Assembly: GCA_037189525.1 (NCBI GenBank)
Contig: JBBCJC010000005.1
Coordinates: 512,001-576,000 of the forward strand
Length of the DNA: 64,000 nt
Source: Gemmatimonadales bacterium
GTDB lineage: Bacteria > Gemmatimonadota > Gemmatimonadetes > Gemmatimonadales > GWC2-71-9
Reading direction: 5' to 3'
Shown piece after piece: positions 9,135-19,978 of the stretch. The position numbers were made by a program, and so were the translations under genes. Numbering within the stretch: the first letter of the stretch is position 1; every line of letters begins with the position of its first letter. The notes beneath the pieces are model-generated. The model searched no databases and was not told where the DNA came from. It was given only the letters and a program-made list of their open reading frames with translations.

Positions 9135-9177
9135 GACGAAGCCGCCCGGCCGACTCGATCGACCGGGCGGCTTCGTC
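9135..9177 (+). terminator. Hairpin ending the nos operon
   Basis: GACGAAGCCGCCCGG...CCGGGCGGCTTCGTC, 15-bp inverted repeat. Confidence 0.7.
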
Positions 9178-9327
9178 CTTCCGCGTCTGCCACCTATTGC
9201 CTCTCGAAGATGGAATGATTCCCGGCATCATCCCGATGCAACGCCGCGACGCGACCGCTGTCACCGTTGGCTTGGGCGAAGGTCAGAGTGACGTTCTCAC
9301 CGACATGGGACGTGAGTCTCTCGGGCA

Positions 9328-9363
9328 TTGACGCGCCTTATCTGTTCACGTAATATCTGTTCA
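9328..9363 (+). promoter_or_regulatory. Sigma70-type leaderless promoter of padR with overlapping direct repeat
   Basis: TTGACG-17 bp-TAATAT, 6 nt before ATG; TATCTGTTCA at 9339-9348 and 9354-9363. Confidence 0.7.
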
Positions 9364-9716
9364 TGTCAGATATCGATACGCGAGCCCTGGACCGCGAGCT
9401 CAAGCGGGGCTCGGCGGAGCTCCTGATCCTCGCGCTGCTCGACGCGCAGCCCCGGCACGGTTACGAGCTGAGCAAGCTGATCCAGATCCGCTCCGGCGGC
9501 GCCCTGACCTTCCACATCGACTCGCTCTACCCCCTGCTCTATCGCCTCGAGGAACGCGGCTGGATCAAGGGCACCTGGGTGGAGAAGGCTGGCGAGCGGC
9601 GCCGCCGGTTCTACAAAGTCACCGGCGAGGGGCGCCGGATACTCGCTGCGCAGCGCAAGACCTGGGCGACGTTCGTGGAGGCCGTTCACCAGATCATTGG
9701 ACCCGAGCATGCCTGA
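9363..9716 (+). CDS. PadR family transcriptional regulator
   Basis: LILALL..PRHGYEL...[15 protein letters not shown]...[11 protein letters not shown]. Confidence 0.95.
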   Translation: MSDIDTRALDRELKRGSAELLILALLDAQPRHGYELSKLIQIRSGGALTFHIDSLYPLLYRLEERGWIKGTWVEKAGERRRRFYKVTGEGRRILAAQRKTWATFVEAVHQIIGPEHA

Positions 9717-12393
9717 TTGGGCAAGCGAGGTTCGGACGCGGCTGGCACCGCTGCGACTCGCGCCCACGCGCGAAGCCGAGATCGTCGACGAGCTCTCGCA
9801 GCATCTGGACGATCGGTATCGGGAGCTGATGGCGGGAGGCGCGTCGTCCGAGGAGGCGATTCGGCTGGCGCTCGCCGACTTCCAGGAAGGCGACGTGCTC
9901 GCGCAACATATGGGCTCGCTGCGGCAGGCGCACGCGCCGCCGCCGGTCACGCCGGGTGCGCCGACCGGTGGCGTGCTCGGCGATTTCTGGCAAGACCTGC
10001 GCTACGCCGCGCGTATCTTCCGGAAGCAGCCCGCCTTCGCCGCGACCGTAGTGCTGACGCTCGCTCTCGGTATCGGCGCCACAACGGCAATCTTCAGTGT
10101 GGTCCACGGTGTCCTGCTCAAGCCGCTACCGTTCCACGAGGCCGACCGGCTGGTGAGCTTGAGCCACCATACACCACTCGCCGGCGGGGGAGCCAATCAC
10201 GGCCCGACCACCTACCTCACCTATCGCGAACACCAGCGGGCATTCGAAGCCATCGGCGCCTGGGATCCTGCCGAAGTTTCGATCACCGGACATGGCGATC
10301 CGGAGCGTCCGCAGGCGCTGCTGGTCAGCGCAAGCACCCTGCCGCTCCTGCGGGTCCGACCCGCGCTTGGCCGGCTCTTCAGTGCCGAGGACGATACGCC
10401 CGGCAATCCGCTGCGCACAGTGCTGACCCACGGGTACTGGCAGCGGCGCTTCGGCGGCGCCGACGACATCGTCGGTCGCTCGCTCGTAATCGACGGCCAG
10501 CCGGCCGAAGTGATCGGCGTGTTGCCGCCGTCGTTCACCTTCCTGCGCACTCGGCCAGACCTCCTGCTACCGATGCCGCTCCCGGCAACCCCGCCCGACG
10601 GCGTCAGCTTCGGGTTCCAGGCCCTGGCACGACTCAAGCCGGGCGTCACGCTGGCCCAAGCCAACGCCGACGTGGGCCGGCTGATCACGCTGCTGCCGCC
10701 GTCCTTCGAGTGGCTCGAGCTCGGGCCGGATGTGCGCCCGCTCGCCGTCGATGTGATCGGCGACGTCGGAGAGATCCTCTGGATCCTGCTGGCCGCGGTC
10801 GGCGTGGTGCTGCTGATCGCTTGCGGCAACGTGGCGAACCTCTTTCTGGTGCGCGCCGAGGGACGCCATCACGAGCTGGCAATGCGGGTAGCGCTGGGCG
10901 CGAGTCGCGGTCGCATCACGCGCGCGCTCCTGTCCGAGAGCATCGTACTGGCGCTTGCGGGCGGCGCGGTCGGCGTGCTGCTCGCCCGGGCCGCCACCGG
11001 CCTCCTGCAGGCGATCGCGCCTGCGGAGCTGCCGCGCGTCGACGAGATCGGCATCGACATCACGGTCCTGCTCTTCACCGTCTCCGTCTCGGTGCTGAGC
11101 GGGATCCTGTTCGGCCTCGCCGCCGTGGTGCGCTTCGGGAATCCGAGCATCACGGCGCTCAAGGAGTCCGGCCGATCCGCCTCCGATGGCCCCGGCCGGC
11201 ACCGGACCCGTCAGGCGCTGGTCGTGGGACAGGTCGCCCTGGCGCTCACCCTGCTGATCGTCTCGGGGCTCATGATCCGGACCTTCATCGCTCTGCGGCA
11301 GGTCGATCCGGGGTTCACGCACCCGGAGGAGATCCAGACCTTCACCATCGCGATCCCGCCTGGCATGATCGCCGATCCGGACCAAGCGGCGCGCAGGTTC
11401 GAGCAGGTCGCCGAGGCGCTGACCCGGGTGCCCGGCGTGGGCTCGGTCGGCCTCTCGTCGTCGATCACGATGGACGGTGAAGACAACGGCAGTCCGATCG
11501 AGGTGGAGGAGGCCCCGCTCGCGGAAGGAGAACGGACACCGCTCAGGCGGTTCAAGAGCATTGGACCAGGCTACGTCGAGACCATGGGCAATCGGCTGGT
11601 AGCCGGGCGGTCGTTCACCTGGCAGGAGATCCACGAACGGCGGCCGGTCATCCTCATCTCGGAGCCGCTCGCGCGTGAGTATTGGACCGAGCCGTCGCGC
11701 GCCATCGGCAAACGCGTGCGCGCCCTGCAGCCCGAGGTGCCGTGGCGCGAGATCGTGGGCGTGGTCGGTCCTGAGCGCGACGACGGGCTGCATCGGCCGC
11801 CGACGCCGATCGTCTACTGGCCGATCCAGAGCGAGAGCTACCGGTGGCGTACGATGACCTACGTCGTTCGGTCCACACGCGTCGGCGCGCCGGGATTCCT
11901 TCGCGAGCTCGAGCAGGCGGTCTGGTCGGTCGATCCGAACCTGCCGCTCGACGATCCGCGCACCGTGAACGAGATCCAGGCCCTCTCGCTGGCCCAGACC
12001 TCCTTCGCGCTGGTGATGTTGGGCATTGCCGCAGCCGTCGCGCTGCTGATCGGAATAGTGGGGATTTACGGCGTGATCGCCTATGCCGCCGCACAACGAA
12101 CCCGCGAGATCGGCGTCCGCATGGCGCTCGGCGCGCAAGCGGGCGACGTCCGGCGTCTCTTTATCCGCTCCGGCGTGGCGCTGACGGCCGCCGGCATCGC
12201 GCTCGGGATCGGGCTCGCCGCGGTGCTGACCCGGGTGATGTCCGCCTTTCTCTTCGGCGTCGGCCCACTGGACCCGATGACGTATGCGCTCGTGTCGGCG
12301 ACGCTGGCCGCCGTCGCCCTCCTGGCCGCCTATCTCCCCGCGCGCCGCGCTTCACGCGTCGATCCGGTGGTCGCCCTGCGCGCGGACACCTGA
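9709..12393 (+). CDS. ADOP-type duplicated MacB/FtsX ABC permease
   Basis: [10 protein letters not shown] prefix, [46 protein letters not shown]. Confidence 0.93.
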   Translation: MPDWASEVRTRLAPLRLAPTREAEIVDELSQHLDDRYRELMAGGASSEEAIRLALADFQEGDVLAQHMGSLRQAHAPPPVTPGAPTGGVLGDFWQDLRYAARIFRKQPAFAATVVLTLALGIGATTAIFSVVHGVLLKPLPFHEADRLVSLSHHTPLAGGGANHGPTTYLTYREHQRAFEAIGAWDPAEVSITGHGDPERPQALLVSASTLPLLRVRPALGRLFSAEDDTPGNPLRTVLTHGYWQRRFGGADDIVGRSLVIDGQPAEVIGVLPPSFTFLRTRPDLLLPMPLPATPPDGVSFGFQALARLKPGVTLAQANADVGRLITLLPPSFEWLELGPDVRPLAVDVIGDVGEILWILLAAVGVVLLIACGNVANLFLVRAEGRHHELAMRVALGASRGRITRALLSESIVLALAGGAVGVLLARAATGLLQAIAPAELPRVDEIGIDITVLLFTVSVSVLSGILFGLAAVVRFGNPSITALKESGRSASDGPGRHRTRQALVVGQVALALTLLIVSGLMIRTFIALRQVDPGFTHPEEIQTFTIAIPPGMIADPDQAARRFEQVAEALTRVPGVGSVGLSSSITMDGEDNGSPIEVEEAPLAEGERTPLRRFKSIGPGYVETMGNRLVAGRSFTWQEIHERRPVILISEPLAREYWTEPSRAIGKRVRALQPEVPWREIVGVVGPERDDGLHRPPTPIVYWPIQSESYRWRTMTYVVRSTRVGAPGFLRELEQAVWSVDPNLPLDDPRTVNEIQALSLAQTSFALVMLGIAAAVALLIGIVGIYGVIAYAAAQRTREIGVRMALGAQAGDVRRLFIRSGVALTAAGIALGIGLAAVLTRVMSAFLFGVGPLDPMTYALVSATLAAVALLAAYLPARRASRVDPVVALRADT

Positions 12394-12421
12394 CGGTCCG
12401 GCCCGATCGACCGGCACGGAC

Positions 12422-13327
12422 TCAGCGCGGCGGCAGGCCCCGTCCGTACGCCGAGCCCTTGCCCAGTCGAACGAAGTGGTTCCACGCGGCGAGCGAAAGC
12501 TCGCCCAGCAACCGTTCCGCAGCCGGCGCATCGTTGACGTATGTCGCCATGATGGTAATCGCGAACGGCCGCCCCGGCGCGTACAACACGCCCCCTTCCG
12601 TCACTACCGCATCGAGACTGCCCGTCTTGGTGGCCCCGCGCGCCCCGGACGGCAGCTGCGACAGGAGACGACTGCGCTTGGGCGTTGCCAGCACGCGGAA
12701 GAAGTCCGCGGTCAGGTCGGGAGAAAAGAGCTTGCCGTGATGCGCGGCGGCCAGTAGCGCAACCGTCTCGTTGCTGGAGGCGACGTTTTCGCGACCGGCC
12801 TGCGCAGCAGCCAAGTCGATCATCTTCCGCTCGAGCCGCGTCCTGGAATAGCCCAGCCCGGTCAGCGTGGCGTTGATCTTCGCCATGCCCAGCCGGTCGA
12901 TCAGGATGTTGGTCGCGCCGTTGTCGCTCTCGCCGATCATCGCGGTCGCGACATCCCGGAGGGTCAGGCGCGTCACCCCATGCGTGTACCGGCTCATGAT
13001 GGCGCTACCGGGCACCAGATCGGTCGTATCGAGGGTGTAGAGGTCGCCCATCCGACCCTGCCGATAGAGCTCGACCAGCACCGCGATCTTGATCATACTC
13101 GCCGTCGGCATCACTTCGTCGCCCCGAACGCTGACCGTGCGGCCGTCGGTGAGGTCCTGAATGGTGACCGAGAGCACGCCGTCGAACTCGGCGGCGGCCC
13201 GTTTGACGGTCGACTCCAGATGCTGCCATAGGATATCGGGCTTTGCCTGGGCGGCGACCGGCGCGGTAACCAGCAATGCGCCGGCCACGATCGCCAACGC
13301 TCTGAGGGAGCGGGAGAGAGGTGTCAT
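12422..13327 (-). CDS. Secreted class A beta-lactamase-like serine hydrolase
   Basis: Signal peptide; SMIK, SDN and KTG motifs. Confidence 0.85.
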   Translation of the reverse strand: MTPLSRSLRALAIVAGALLVTAPVAAQAKPDILWQHLESTVKRAAAEFDGVLSVTIQDLTDGRTVSVRGDEVMPTASMIKIAVLVELYRQGRMGDLYTLDTTDLVPGSAIMSRYTHGVTRLTLRDVATAMIGESDNGATNILIDRLGMAKINATLTGLGYSRTRLERKMIDLAAAQAGRENVASSNETVALLAAAHHGKLFSPDLTADFFRVLATPKRSRLLSQLPSGARGATKTGSLDAVVTEGGVLYAPGRPFAITIMATYVNDAPAAERLLGELSLAAWNHFVRLGKGSAYGRGLPPR

Positions 13328-13371
13328 GGGTAACCCCGAGGCCGAGGTGGAGATGTATCGTTGGAAATGAG

Positions 13372-13401
13372 ACGGTCCCGCACCCGAAGGTGCGGGACCG
13401 T
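13372..13401 (-). terminator. Hairpin downstream of the AKR gene
   Basis: ACGGTCCCGCACC-CGAA-GGTGCGGGACCGT perfect 13-bp stem. Confidence 0.7.
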
Positions 13402-13421
13402 TCAAAACTACTCGACTGGCC

Positions 13422-14396
13422 TCAGGCCGGAAGCGCGTCGAACGTCTCTTCCATCTTCTTTCGGGCCGCCGCATCGGGCAACCGGCCGCGCGCCGCGCCC
13501 ATGTTGTCCTCGACATAGGACACCCGCCGGGTGCCAGGAATCGCCACCGTGACCGCCGGATGCGACACCACATACTTGAGGAAGAACTGGGGCCAGGTCT
13601 TGATGTCGAAATCAGCGGCCCACCCCGGCAGCGGCACGCTGGCCAGCTTCGGGAAATTGACGCTGGCTCCCCGCCGCCCGCCGAACGGCAGGTTGATCAT
13701 GACGGCGGCGCCCCGGTCCTGCGCCAGCGGCAGCATGCGCTCTGCGGCGCCCCGGTTGCCAAGCGAGTAATCGACCTGGACGATGTCGAGCTTGTGCTTG
13801 GTCAGCTCGGCGGCCAGCGCGTCGTACTGCCGCTCCGTCGAGGTCGAGATACCCAGGTGGCGGATCTTGCCCTGCTGCTTCCACTCCTGGAGCGCCGGAA
13901 TGAGGACGTCGGTGCCGGCCAGGTTGTGAACCAGGAGGCCATCGAGGACGTTGGTCTTGAGCCGCTCGAGCGACGTCGCAAAACCGGCACGGCCGGTTTC
14001 GATGTTGTTTTCCGGAGCCACGATCTTGGTGACGAAGAAAATCTTGTCGCGCAGCTTGAGTTCGCTCGAAAGCTCGCCCAGCACGGCCTCCGACTCCCCC
14101 CGCGCGTAGCCGGTTGCCGTGTCATAGACCGAGCCGCCCAGCTCGATGAATCGCTTCATCGTGTCCCGCAGCGCGTCACGCTGCTCGGCCGACAAGTTGT
14201 ACTGATTGGTGCCGATCCCCACGACGGGGACCTTGGTGCCGGATGACGGGATCGCCTTGGTGATGAGCGGGAGCTGTTCCAGCCGCTCCAACTCCTCAGC
14301 CCACAGACTGTTACGGGTCCCGGCCACCAGGCCGGCGCCCGTGAGCAGCCCGAACTTGATGACATCTCGGCGGGAGGGGTTTGTAAAGGACGCCAT
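13422..14396 (-). CDS. Aldo/keto reductase with Tat-like signal
   Basis: SRRDVIKFG N-terminus; DTA..Y, TK, VHN tetrad; GKIRHLGIS; IPGT. Confidence 0.9.
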   Translation of the reverse strand: MASFTNPSRRDVIKFGLLTGAGLVAGTRNSLWAEELERLEQLPLITKAIPSSGTKVPVVGIGTNQYNLSAEQRDALRDTMKRFIELGGSVYDTATGYARGESEAVLGELSSELKLRDKIFFVTKIVAPENNIETGRAGFATSLERLKTNVLDGLLVHNLAGTDVLIPALQEWKQQGKIRHLGISTSTERQYDALAAELTKHKLDIVQVDYSLGNRGAAERMLPLAQDRGAAVMINLPFGGRRGASVNFPKLASVPLPGWAADFDIKTWPQFFLKYVVSHPAVTVAIPGTRRVSYVEDNMGAARGRLPDAAARKKMEETFDALPA

Positions 14397-14872
14397 GGAC
14401 CGACTACCTCTCGAGAGTAGGGTGACAACGCGATCTCGGATACACCAAAGTACTACGCCCTTCCCCCCGGCGCCGTTGAGCCGCAGCCCCGGGGTTGGGG
14501 GCCGGCCCCGCTAACCCCGCCCGCCTGCCGCCCCGTCGGGCCGGGAGCTCCCCACTGAAGCACCAGCCCGGGATCCCGGTCTGATCTTCGCTTTCTACGC
14601 ATCTCGGATTGGCGCATCTACCGCCATATCTGAACGAAGTTCGTCCACCGCATGATCGTGGTGTGTCCACGAATGGAACGAGCGCGTTATAAGGGGTATC
14701 ACGACTGCGTGATCAATCGCCCGTGAAGTTTGCACAGCCTGCCGGTTCTCGCGCATTGCGCTGCGAAGGCATCAGGCGCGTCAGGTACGCACGACGACCC
14801 GGCGGCACGCGAACGCAACGGGACCGCCGTCTGCGCGGCGAATGAATTGATCGGGATCTGCGAGGAGATAAC

Positions 14873-17047
14873 ATGCGACATACCATTCCATCTGACACCC
14901 GGGAGCGGTCCGCCGCTCGCTTCGCGTACCTGTGTCCGGCCCTGGCAGCGCTCGTGCTGCTGGCCGCACCCACGCCGCCTGCCGCGGCGCAAGGGGTTCG
15001 CTATCACATTGCTCCGGCCGCGAGCCATATCAAGTGGGCCGACAACTTCGGTCTGGAGGACGTGACGCTGCTCGGCGGCCGCCTGGGCGCCAACTTCGGC
15101 GGGCTGATCGGTCTCGATGCGTACTACCTGCGGAGAGACAACGTCCAAACCATCTTCGGATCGAGCGGGATCACCGCCCCGGGCGGCATTCCCCTCATCG
15201 ACCAGTCGCTCAAGCTGCAGCAGCTGGGCGCCGACCTCCGTGTCAATCTCGGCACCGGAGCGCTCCAGCCGTTCGCAGCTGCCGGCGCCGGCGTGATGCG
15301 CTTCGAACCCGAGACCGGCAGCCGCTTCGATCAGATCGTCGTCAAATACGGTGGCGGCGTACGATTCGACCTCGCGCCGGGCATCAGCGGCCAGGTGCAC
15401 GCCGAGAACATTCGGATGCGCCTCGACCGGTTTGCGATGGCAGCGTCCGGCGGGACACCGTATCCGGCCGACCCCGATGCAGACGAGGTCCGTAACCACC
15501 TTTCCTTCGGTGCGGCGCTGGGCTTTGCCATCGGCGGACGGGGCCAGCCCGAGCGTGAACGGTGGTCGATGGCATCACTGGCCATCGAGCCGTATGTCGC
15601 CCGCCTCGACTTCGACCAGTCCAACTTGGCCACCCAGTGGATGACCGGTGCGCGGGCCGGCATCGACCTGGGGCAATACTTCGGGCTGCGCGGCTACTAC
15701 CTTCGCGGCGTCAACGACGACTTCAACGCCTTCGCACCGATCGAAAGCTACGGCGTCGAAGGCCAGTTCAACTTCAATCGCGGTCGCGGACCGGCTCCCT
15801 TCCTGCTGGCCGGAGCTGGGCGCCTGGACTTCCACGGCGACTACCGGGACCTCAACGACGTTCCGGTCGAGAACCGGAATGCGTTCATCCTGGGCGGCGG
15901 CCTGGGCATCCGCCTGACGGATCAGCTGAGCCTCAACGTCGCGGTCCGCGATTTCATCACGAGCGAGGCCGACTTCGAAGACGTGGCCAGCACGGCCCAG
16001 CTGCGCCACAATGTCATGCTGAGCGCCGGCGTCGGGATTGCCTTTGGACGAGGGCGAACCGAGACCCGCTCACGGGACGATGATCGTTTCGACGACCGGG
16101 ATCGCCGGAGCGATCGGGATCGCGAAGTACGCGACCGCGATGACCGTGATCGGCGTGACGAGCGAGACCGGCGATTCCGCGACGAGCGCCGCAAGCCGGA
16201 CTGCGCTCGGGATGACGAACAGTGCATCCGACGCGAGCGAGAGCGCGCCCGAACCGGTGATGACGGCCATGTGTCGGGCCGCACGGTCACCCTTCCGGTG
16301 CCGCGTGAAGGCGAGCTCTACGTTCGCTACGGTCCGGGCGCCAGCATTCGCCGAGGCGACTCCACGGCGCCGGTGCGCAGCGAAGTGAGCGACAGCTCGC
16401 TGCGCGAAACGATCCGGCAGGAGCTGCGAGCGGCCAGAGTCGACACCGTCGCCGTCCGGGTCGAGAGCGATTCTGCCCGGACCGCCCGGATCGTCCGCGA
16501 AACGATGGAGGCCATCGAGCGTGAGCGCGGCTTGCCGGTACCGAGCCGGGTTGCGCCCCAGGAACCGACGCCGTACGTCGCCCCGGTGGCGTCGGCGCCG
16601 ATCACCATGCGCGACCGGTCGCCGCAGCTCTACACCGGTTTCAACCTCGACACGCCGACACAGCTGGTCATCGGCGGACTGCTCGACCTCACGCCGGGAC
16701 AGAGCAACAGCATCGTCCGGTTCCTGCCCGAACTGGCCTTCGGGTTCGGTGATGGCGGCACCTCGTTCATGGCCGCCGCCAACGTCGGAATCCGGCTGCC
16801 GAGGATCGCCGCCGGCCGCGACGCATCGATTACGCCGCATGCCCGGCTGGGGCTCGGCCTGCTGACCTACGGCGACGCGCCGGAAGGGGTCAGTGGAACC
16901 CAGGGCGTCCTCAACTTTACCTACGGTATCAGCACCGACCTGGTCCGGATCGGCGGTCTGGGTCGCCCGCTGTTCACGATCGAGCATCAGGGACTCGATC
17001 TGTTCGATTCGAATCGTCTCCTCGTCGGCCTGCAATGGCGGCGTTGA
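14873..17047 (+). CDS. Multi-domain outer-membrane beta-barrel protein with R/D-rich linker
   Basis: Signal peptide, two tandem OmpA-like barrel segments, charged repeat region, C-terminal barrel ending VGLQWRR; SD GAGGAG. Confidence 0.7.
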   Translation: MRHTIPSDTRERSAARFAYLCPALAALVLLAAPTPPAAAQGVRYHIAPAASHIKWADNFGLEDVTLLGGRLGANFGGLIGLDAYYLRRDNVQTIFGSSGITAPGGIPLIDQSLKLQQLGADLRVNLGTGALQPFAAAGAGVMRFEPETGSRFDQIVVKYGGGVRFDLAPGISGQVHAENIRMRLDRFAMAASGGTPYPADPDADEVRNHLSFGAALGFAIGGRGQPERERWSMASLAIEPYVARLDFDQSNLATQWMTGARAGIDLGQYFGLRGYYLRGVNDDFNAFAPIESYGVEGQFNFNRGRGPAPFLLAGAGRLDFHGDYRDLNDVPVENRNAFILGGGLGIRLTDQLSLNVAVRDFITSEADFEDVASTAQLRHNVMLSAGVGIAFGRGRTETRSRDDDRFDDRDRRSDRDREVRDRDDRDRRDERDRRFRDERRKPDCARDDEQCIRRERERARTGDDGHVSGRTVTLPVPREGELYVRYGPGASIRRGDSTAPVRSEVSDSSLRETIRQELRAARVDTVAVRVESDSARTARIVRETMEAIERERGLPVPSRVAPQEPTPYVAPVASAPITMRDRSPQLYTGFNLDTPTQLVIGGLLDLTPGQSNSIVRFLPELAFGFGDGGTSFMAAANVGIRLPRIAAGRDASITPHARLGLGLLTYGDAPEGVSGTQGVLNFTYGISTDLVRIGGLGRPLFTIEHQGLDLFDSNRLLVGLQWRR

Positions 17048-17191
17048 GCCGGTAACCGGCAGACCGGCGATCTCGCCGGCCCTTCTCCCCCCGAGGCTGC
17101 CTTCCACGGCGCCCTCGGGGGGTTCTGCTACCGGCTGGTCTTGGACACCCGATAGGCTAGATTGCATGGCACCGCCTCGGAGTACGGATCC

Positions 17192-18382
17192 ATGCGCTTG
17201 CTGGCCGTCACCGCTGTGAGTCTGCTCGCCTCAGCCGCCGCTCCCCAGCTGGCAGCGCAGCAGGAAAGTGCTGTGGAGCGCGCCGCCCGGCAGTCGCGGG
17301 AAGCCGAGGCGCGCGGCCTGGCCGAGCCGTTCAAAGGCATCACCACCGACGGCACACCCCTTACCGGCCTCTTTCCGATTCGTTCGACCGGCGTCTCCAC
17401 CGCACCAGCGGTAGAGGCCGCACGCGCCTTCCTCAAATCGCTGACGCCGATCCAGCAGGCCAAAACGCTGTTTGCCGACGACGATCCCGAATGGCGCAAA
17501 TGGATGAACCAGCACTTTTACGTGCGCCAGGGTATCGGCTTCAAGGAAATGAGCGATGCGCAGCGCGATGCCGCCTTTGCCATGCTCGGCGCCGCGCTGA
17601 GCGCCAAGGGCCTGCGCCTGAGCCGCGACATCATGCGGCTCAACCATACCCTGGCGGAACTGACCGGAAACTTCGACGAGTACGGCGAATGGCTCTACTG
17701 GATTACGATCATGGGCGAGCCGTCGGAGACCGAGCCGTGGGGCTGGCAGCTCGACGGGCACCACCTGATTATCAACTACTTCGTGCTGGGCGATCAGGTG
17801 GTCATGACCCCGATGTTCGTCGGCTCGGAACCGGTTACGGCCACGTCGGGCAAGTATCAGGGCGTTTCCATCCTGCAGCAGGAGCAAAACGACGGCCTGG
17901 CCCTGGTCAACGCCCTGATGCCCGGCCAGCGGAAAGCGGCGATTCTCGATAGCGCCAAAGCCGGGGTCAACTCCCTGACCGAGGCATTCCGGGACAACGT
18001 CGTGCTGGACTATGCCGGCGTTTCCGCGCGCTCCTTCTCGCCCAGCCAGCGTCGGCAGTTACTCGACCTGATCGGCCTCTTCGTCGGCAACATGCGGGAA
18101 GGCCACGCCAAGGTACGCATGGCGGAGGTCGAAGCGCACCTCGATCGAACCCATTTCGCGTGGATCGGTAAAACGGAACTCGATGCCGTGTTCTACTACC
18201 GGATCCACAGCCCCGTCATTCTGATCGAGTTCGACCATCAACGCCCCATCGCACTCCGCCGGCTCTATGGTACGGGGCCGACCCCACAACACATTCACGC
18301 CGTCGTCCGAACTCCGAACGGTAACGACTACGGGAAAGACCTGCTGCGCGAACATCATCGCCGGCACAAACATCCACACTGA
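17192..18382 (+). CDS. DUF3500 domain secreted protein
   Basis: [42 protein letters not shown]. Confidence 0.85.
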   Translation: MRLLAVTAVSLLASAAAPQLAAQQESAVERAARQSREAEARGLAEPFKGITTDGTPLTGLFPIRSTGVSTAPAVEAARAFLKSLTPIQQAKTLFADDDPEWRKWMNQHFYVRQGIGFKEMSDAQRDAAFAMLGAALSAKGLRLSRDIMRLNHTLAELTGNFDEYGEWLYWITIMGEPSETEPWGWQLDGHHLIINYFVLGDQVVMTPMFVGSEPVTATSGKYQGVSILQQEQNDGLALVNALMPGQRKAAILDSAKAGVNSLTEAFRDNVVLDYAGVSARSFSPSQRRQLLDLIGLFVGNMREGHAKVRMAEVEAHLDRTHFAWIGKTELDAVFYYRIHSPVILIEFDHQRPIALRRLYGTGPTPQHIHAVVRTPNGNDYGKDLLREHHRRHKHPH

Positions 18383-18416
18383 ATTCCATGCTCTACTTTC
18401 ACCTCCGGGAGCCGTC

Positions 18417-19829
18417 ATGACGACCGAAGTCAGTCTTCTCGCGCAGGTCGACGCCATGTTCGACCAGGCCGCGGCCCTGACACCGCACGATCCGACTTTG
18501 CTCGCGCATATCAAGGCATGCAATGCCGTCTATCAGATGACCTTTCCGATCCGCCGCGACGACGGCACGATCGAAGTGATCCATGCCTGGCGCGCAGAGC
18601 ACAGCCATCACCGGATGCCGACCAAGGGCGGCATTCGGTACTCGATGGCGGTGACGGCCGATGAAGTGATGGCGCTGGCTTCGCTGATGACGTTCAAGTG
18701 CGCGCTGCTGGACGTGCCCTTCGGCGGCGCCAAGGGCGGTATTCGGATTGCGCGCCACAAATATTCCGACGCCGAACTCGAGCGGATTACCCGCCGCTAC
18801 ACCTTCGAGCTCTGGCGCAAGAACTTCATCGGACCCGGCGTCGATGTCCCGGCGCCAGACTACGGCACCAGTTCCCGCGAAATGGCCTGGATTGCCGACA
18901 CCTACCGCAGCCTGAGCAACGACCTCAACGCGATGGCCTGCGTGACCGCCAAGCCGGTTTCGCAAGGCGGTATTCGCGGCCGGAACGAAGCGACCGGCCG
19001 AGGCGTGATGTTTGGCCTCCGGGAAGCCTGTAACGTCGCCGAGGATATGAAGAAACTTGGCTTGGGCCCCGGCCTGGCCGGAAAACGAATCGTGATTCAG
19101 GGACTCGGCAACGTCGGGTATCACGCCGCCAAGCTGCTCCAGGAGCAGGGCGCCGTCCTGGTCGGCCTGGCGGAGTATGAGGGCGCCATCAGCAATCCCA
19201 AAGGGCTGGACGTCGACCGGGTCATGGAGCACCGGAAAAACACCAAATCGATCCTCGGATTTCCGGGAGCCCAGGATATCCCGCAGTCGGCAGCTGCGCT
19301 CGAACTCGAGTGCGACATCCTCGTCCCCGCCGCGCTCGAAAACGTGATCACCGCCGAGAATGCGCCCCGCATCAAGGCCAAGATCATCGGCGAAGCGGCC
19401 AACGGGCCGACCACGGCCGAAGCTGACGGCATCCTCAAGAGCCGGGGCGTCTACATCATTCCCGACTTTTACCTCAACGCAGGCGGGGTGACCGTCTCGT
19501 ACTTCGAATGGCTCAAGAACCTCTCGCACGTCCGCTTCGGCCGGATGCAGCGGCGATTCGAAGAACAATCCAACCTTGGCATCCTGAACCTGGTGCAGCA
19601 GAGCACCGGACGCAGCATCGACGCGGCCGAGTTGAGCCGCATTGCTCATGGCGCGAGCGAAGAAGATCTGGTCAACTCCGGCCTCGAAGACTCCATGGCC
19701 GTTGCCTACCACCAGATTCGCGATATCCTGATCCGGCCCAAGGGCCCGACCGATCTCCGAACCGCGGCGTTCATTTCCGCGATCGACAAGATCGCCGTGA
19801 GCTATCAGGAGCTGGGCCTGTTCCCGTAA
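18417..19829 (+). CDS. gdh: Glutamate dehydrogenase (Glu/Leu/Phe/Val family)
   Basis: PTKGGIRY, PFGGAKGGI, DVPAPD, GRNEATGRG, GLGNVG, NAGGVTVSYFEW. Confidence 0.95.
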   Translation: MTTEVSLLAQVDAMFDQAAALTPHDPTLLAHIKACNAVYQMTFPIRRDDGTIEVIHAWRAEHSHHRMPTKGGIRYSMAVTADEVMALASLMTFKCALLDVPFGGAKGGIRIARHKYSDAELERITRRYTFELWRKNFIGPGVDVPAPDYGTSSREMAWIADTYRSLSNDLNAMACVTAKPVSQGGIRGRNEATGRGVMFGLREACNVAEDMKKLGLGPGLAGKRIVIQGLGNVGYHAAKLLQEQGAVLVGLAEYEGAISNPKGLDVDRVMEHRKNTKSILGFPGAQDIPQSAAALELECDILVPAALENVITAENAPRIKAKIIGEAANGPTTAEADGILKSRGVYIIPDFYLNAGGVTVSYFEWLKNLSHVRFGRMQRRFEEQSNLGILNLVQQSTGRSIDAAELSRIAHGASEEDLVNSGLEDSMAVAYHQIRDILIRPKGPTDLRTAAFISAIDKIAVSYQELGLFP

Positions 19830-19846
19830 GCGAAGGCGGATGAACG

Positions 19847-19885
19847 AAGCGGCCCGTGCGACCGGCAAGGTCACACGGGCCGCTT
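19847..19885. terminator. Hairpin between the convergent gdh and tRNA-Cys
   Basis: AAGCGGCCCGTG...CACGGGCCGCTT inverted repeat. Confidence 0.65.
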
Positions 19886-19903
19886 TGCCTTTGGACAGAA
19901 AAG

Positions 19904-19974
19904 AGGCGCCGACCGGAATCGAACCGGTGATTAGGGTTTTGCAGACCCTTGCCTTGCCACTTGGCCACGGCGCC
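19904..19974 (-). tRNA. tRNA-Cys (GCA), CCA not encoded
   Basis: GGCGCCGTGGCCAAGTGGCAAGGCAAGGGTCTGCAAAACCCTAATCACCGGTTCGATTCCGGTCGGCGCCT cloverleaf. Confidence 0.97.
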
Positions 19975-19978
19975 CGGA

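Noticed and set aside
12422..13327. Bona fide antibiotic-resistance beta-lactamase
   Set aside because: SxxK, SDN and KTG are present, but no clear class A omega-loop ExxLN is seen; activity cannot be inferred.
14400..14872. Riboswitch or ncRNA in the long AKR-OMP intergenic region
   Set aside because: GC-rich stems are possible, but I recognised no known aptamer consensus; an Rfam/Infernal scan would decide.
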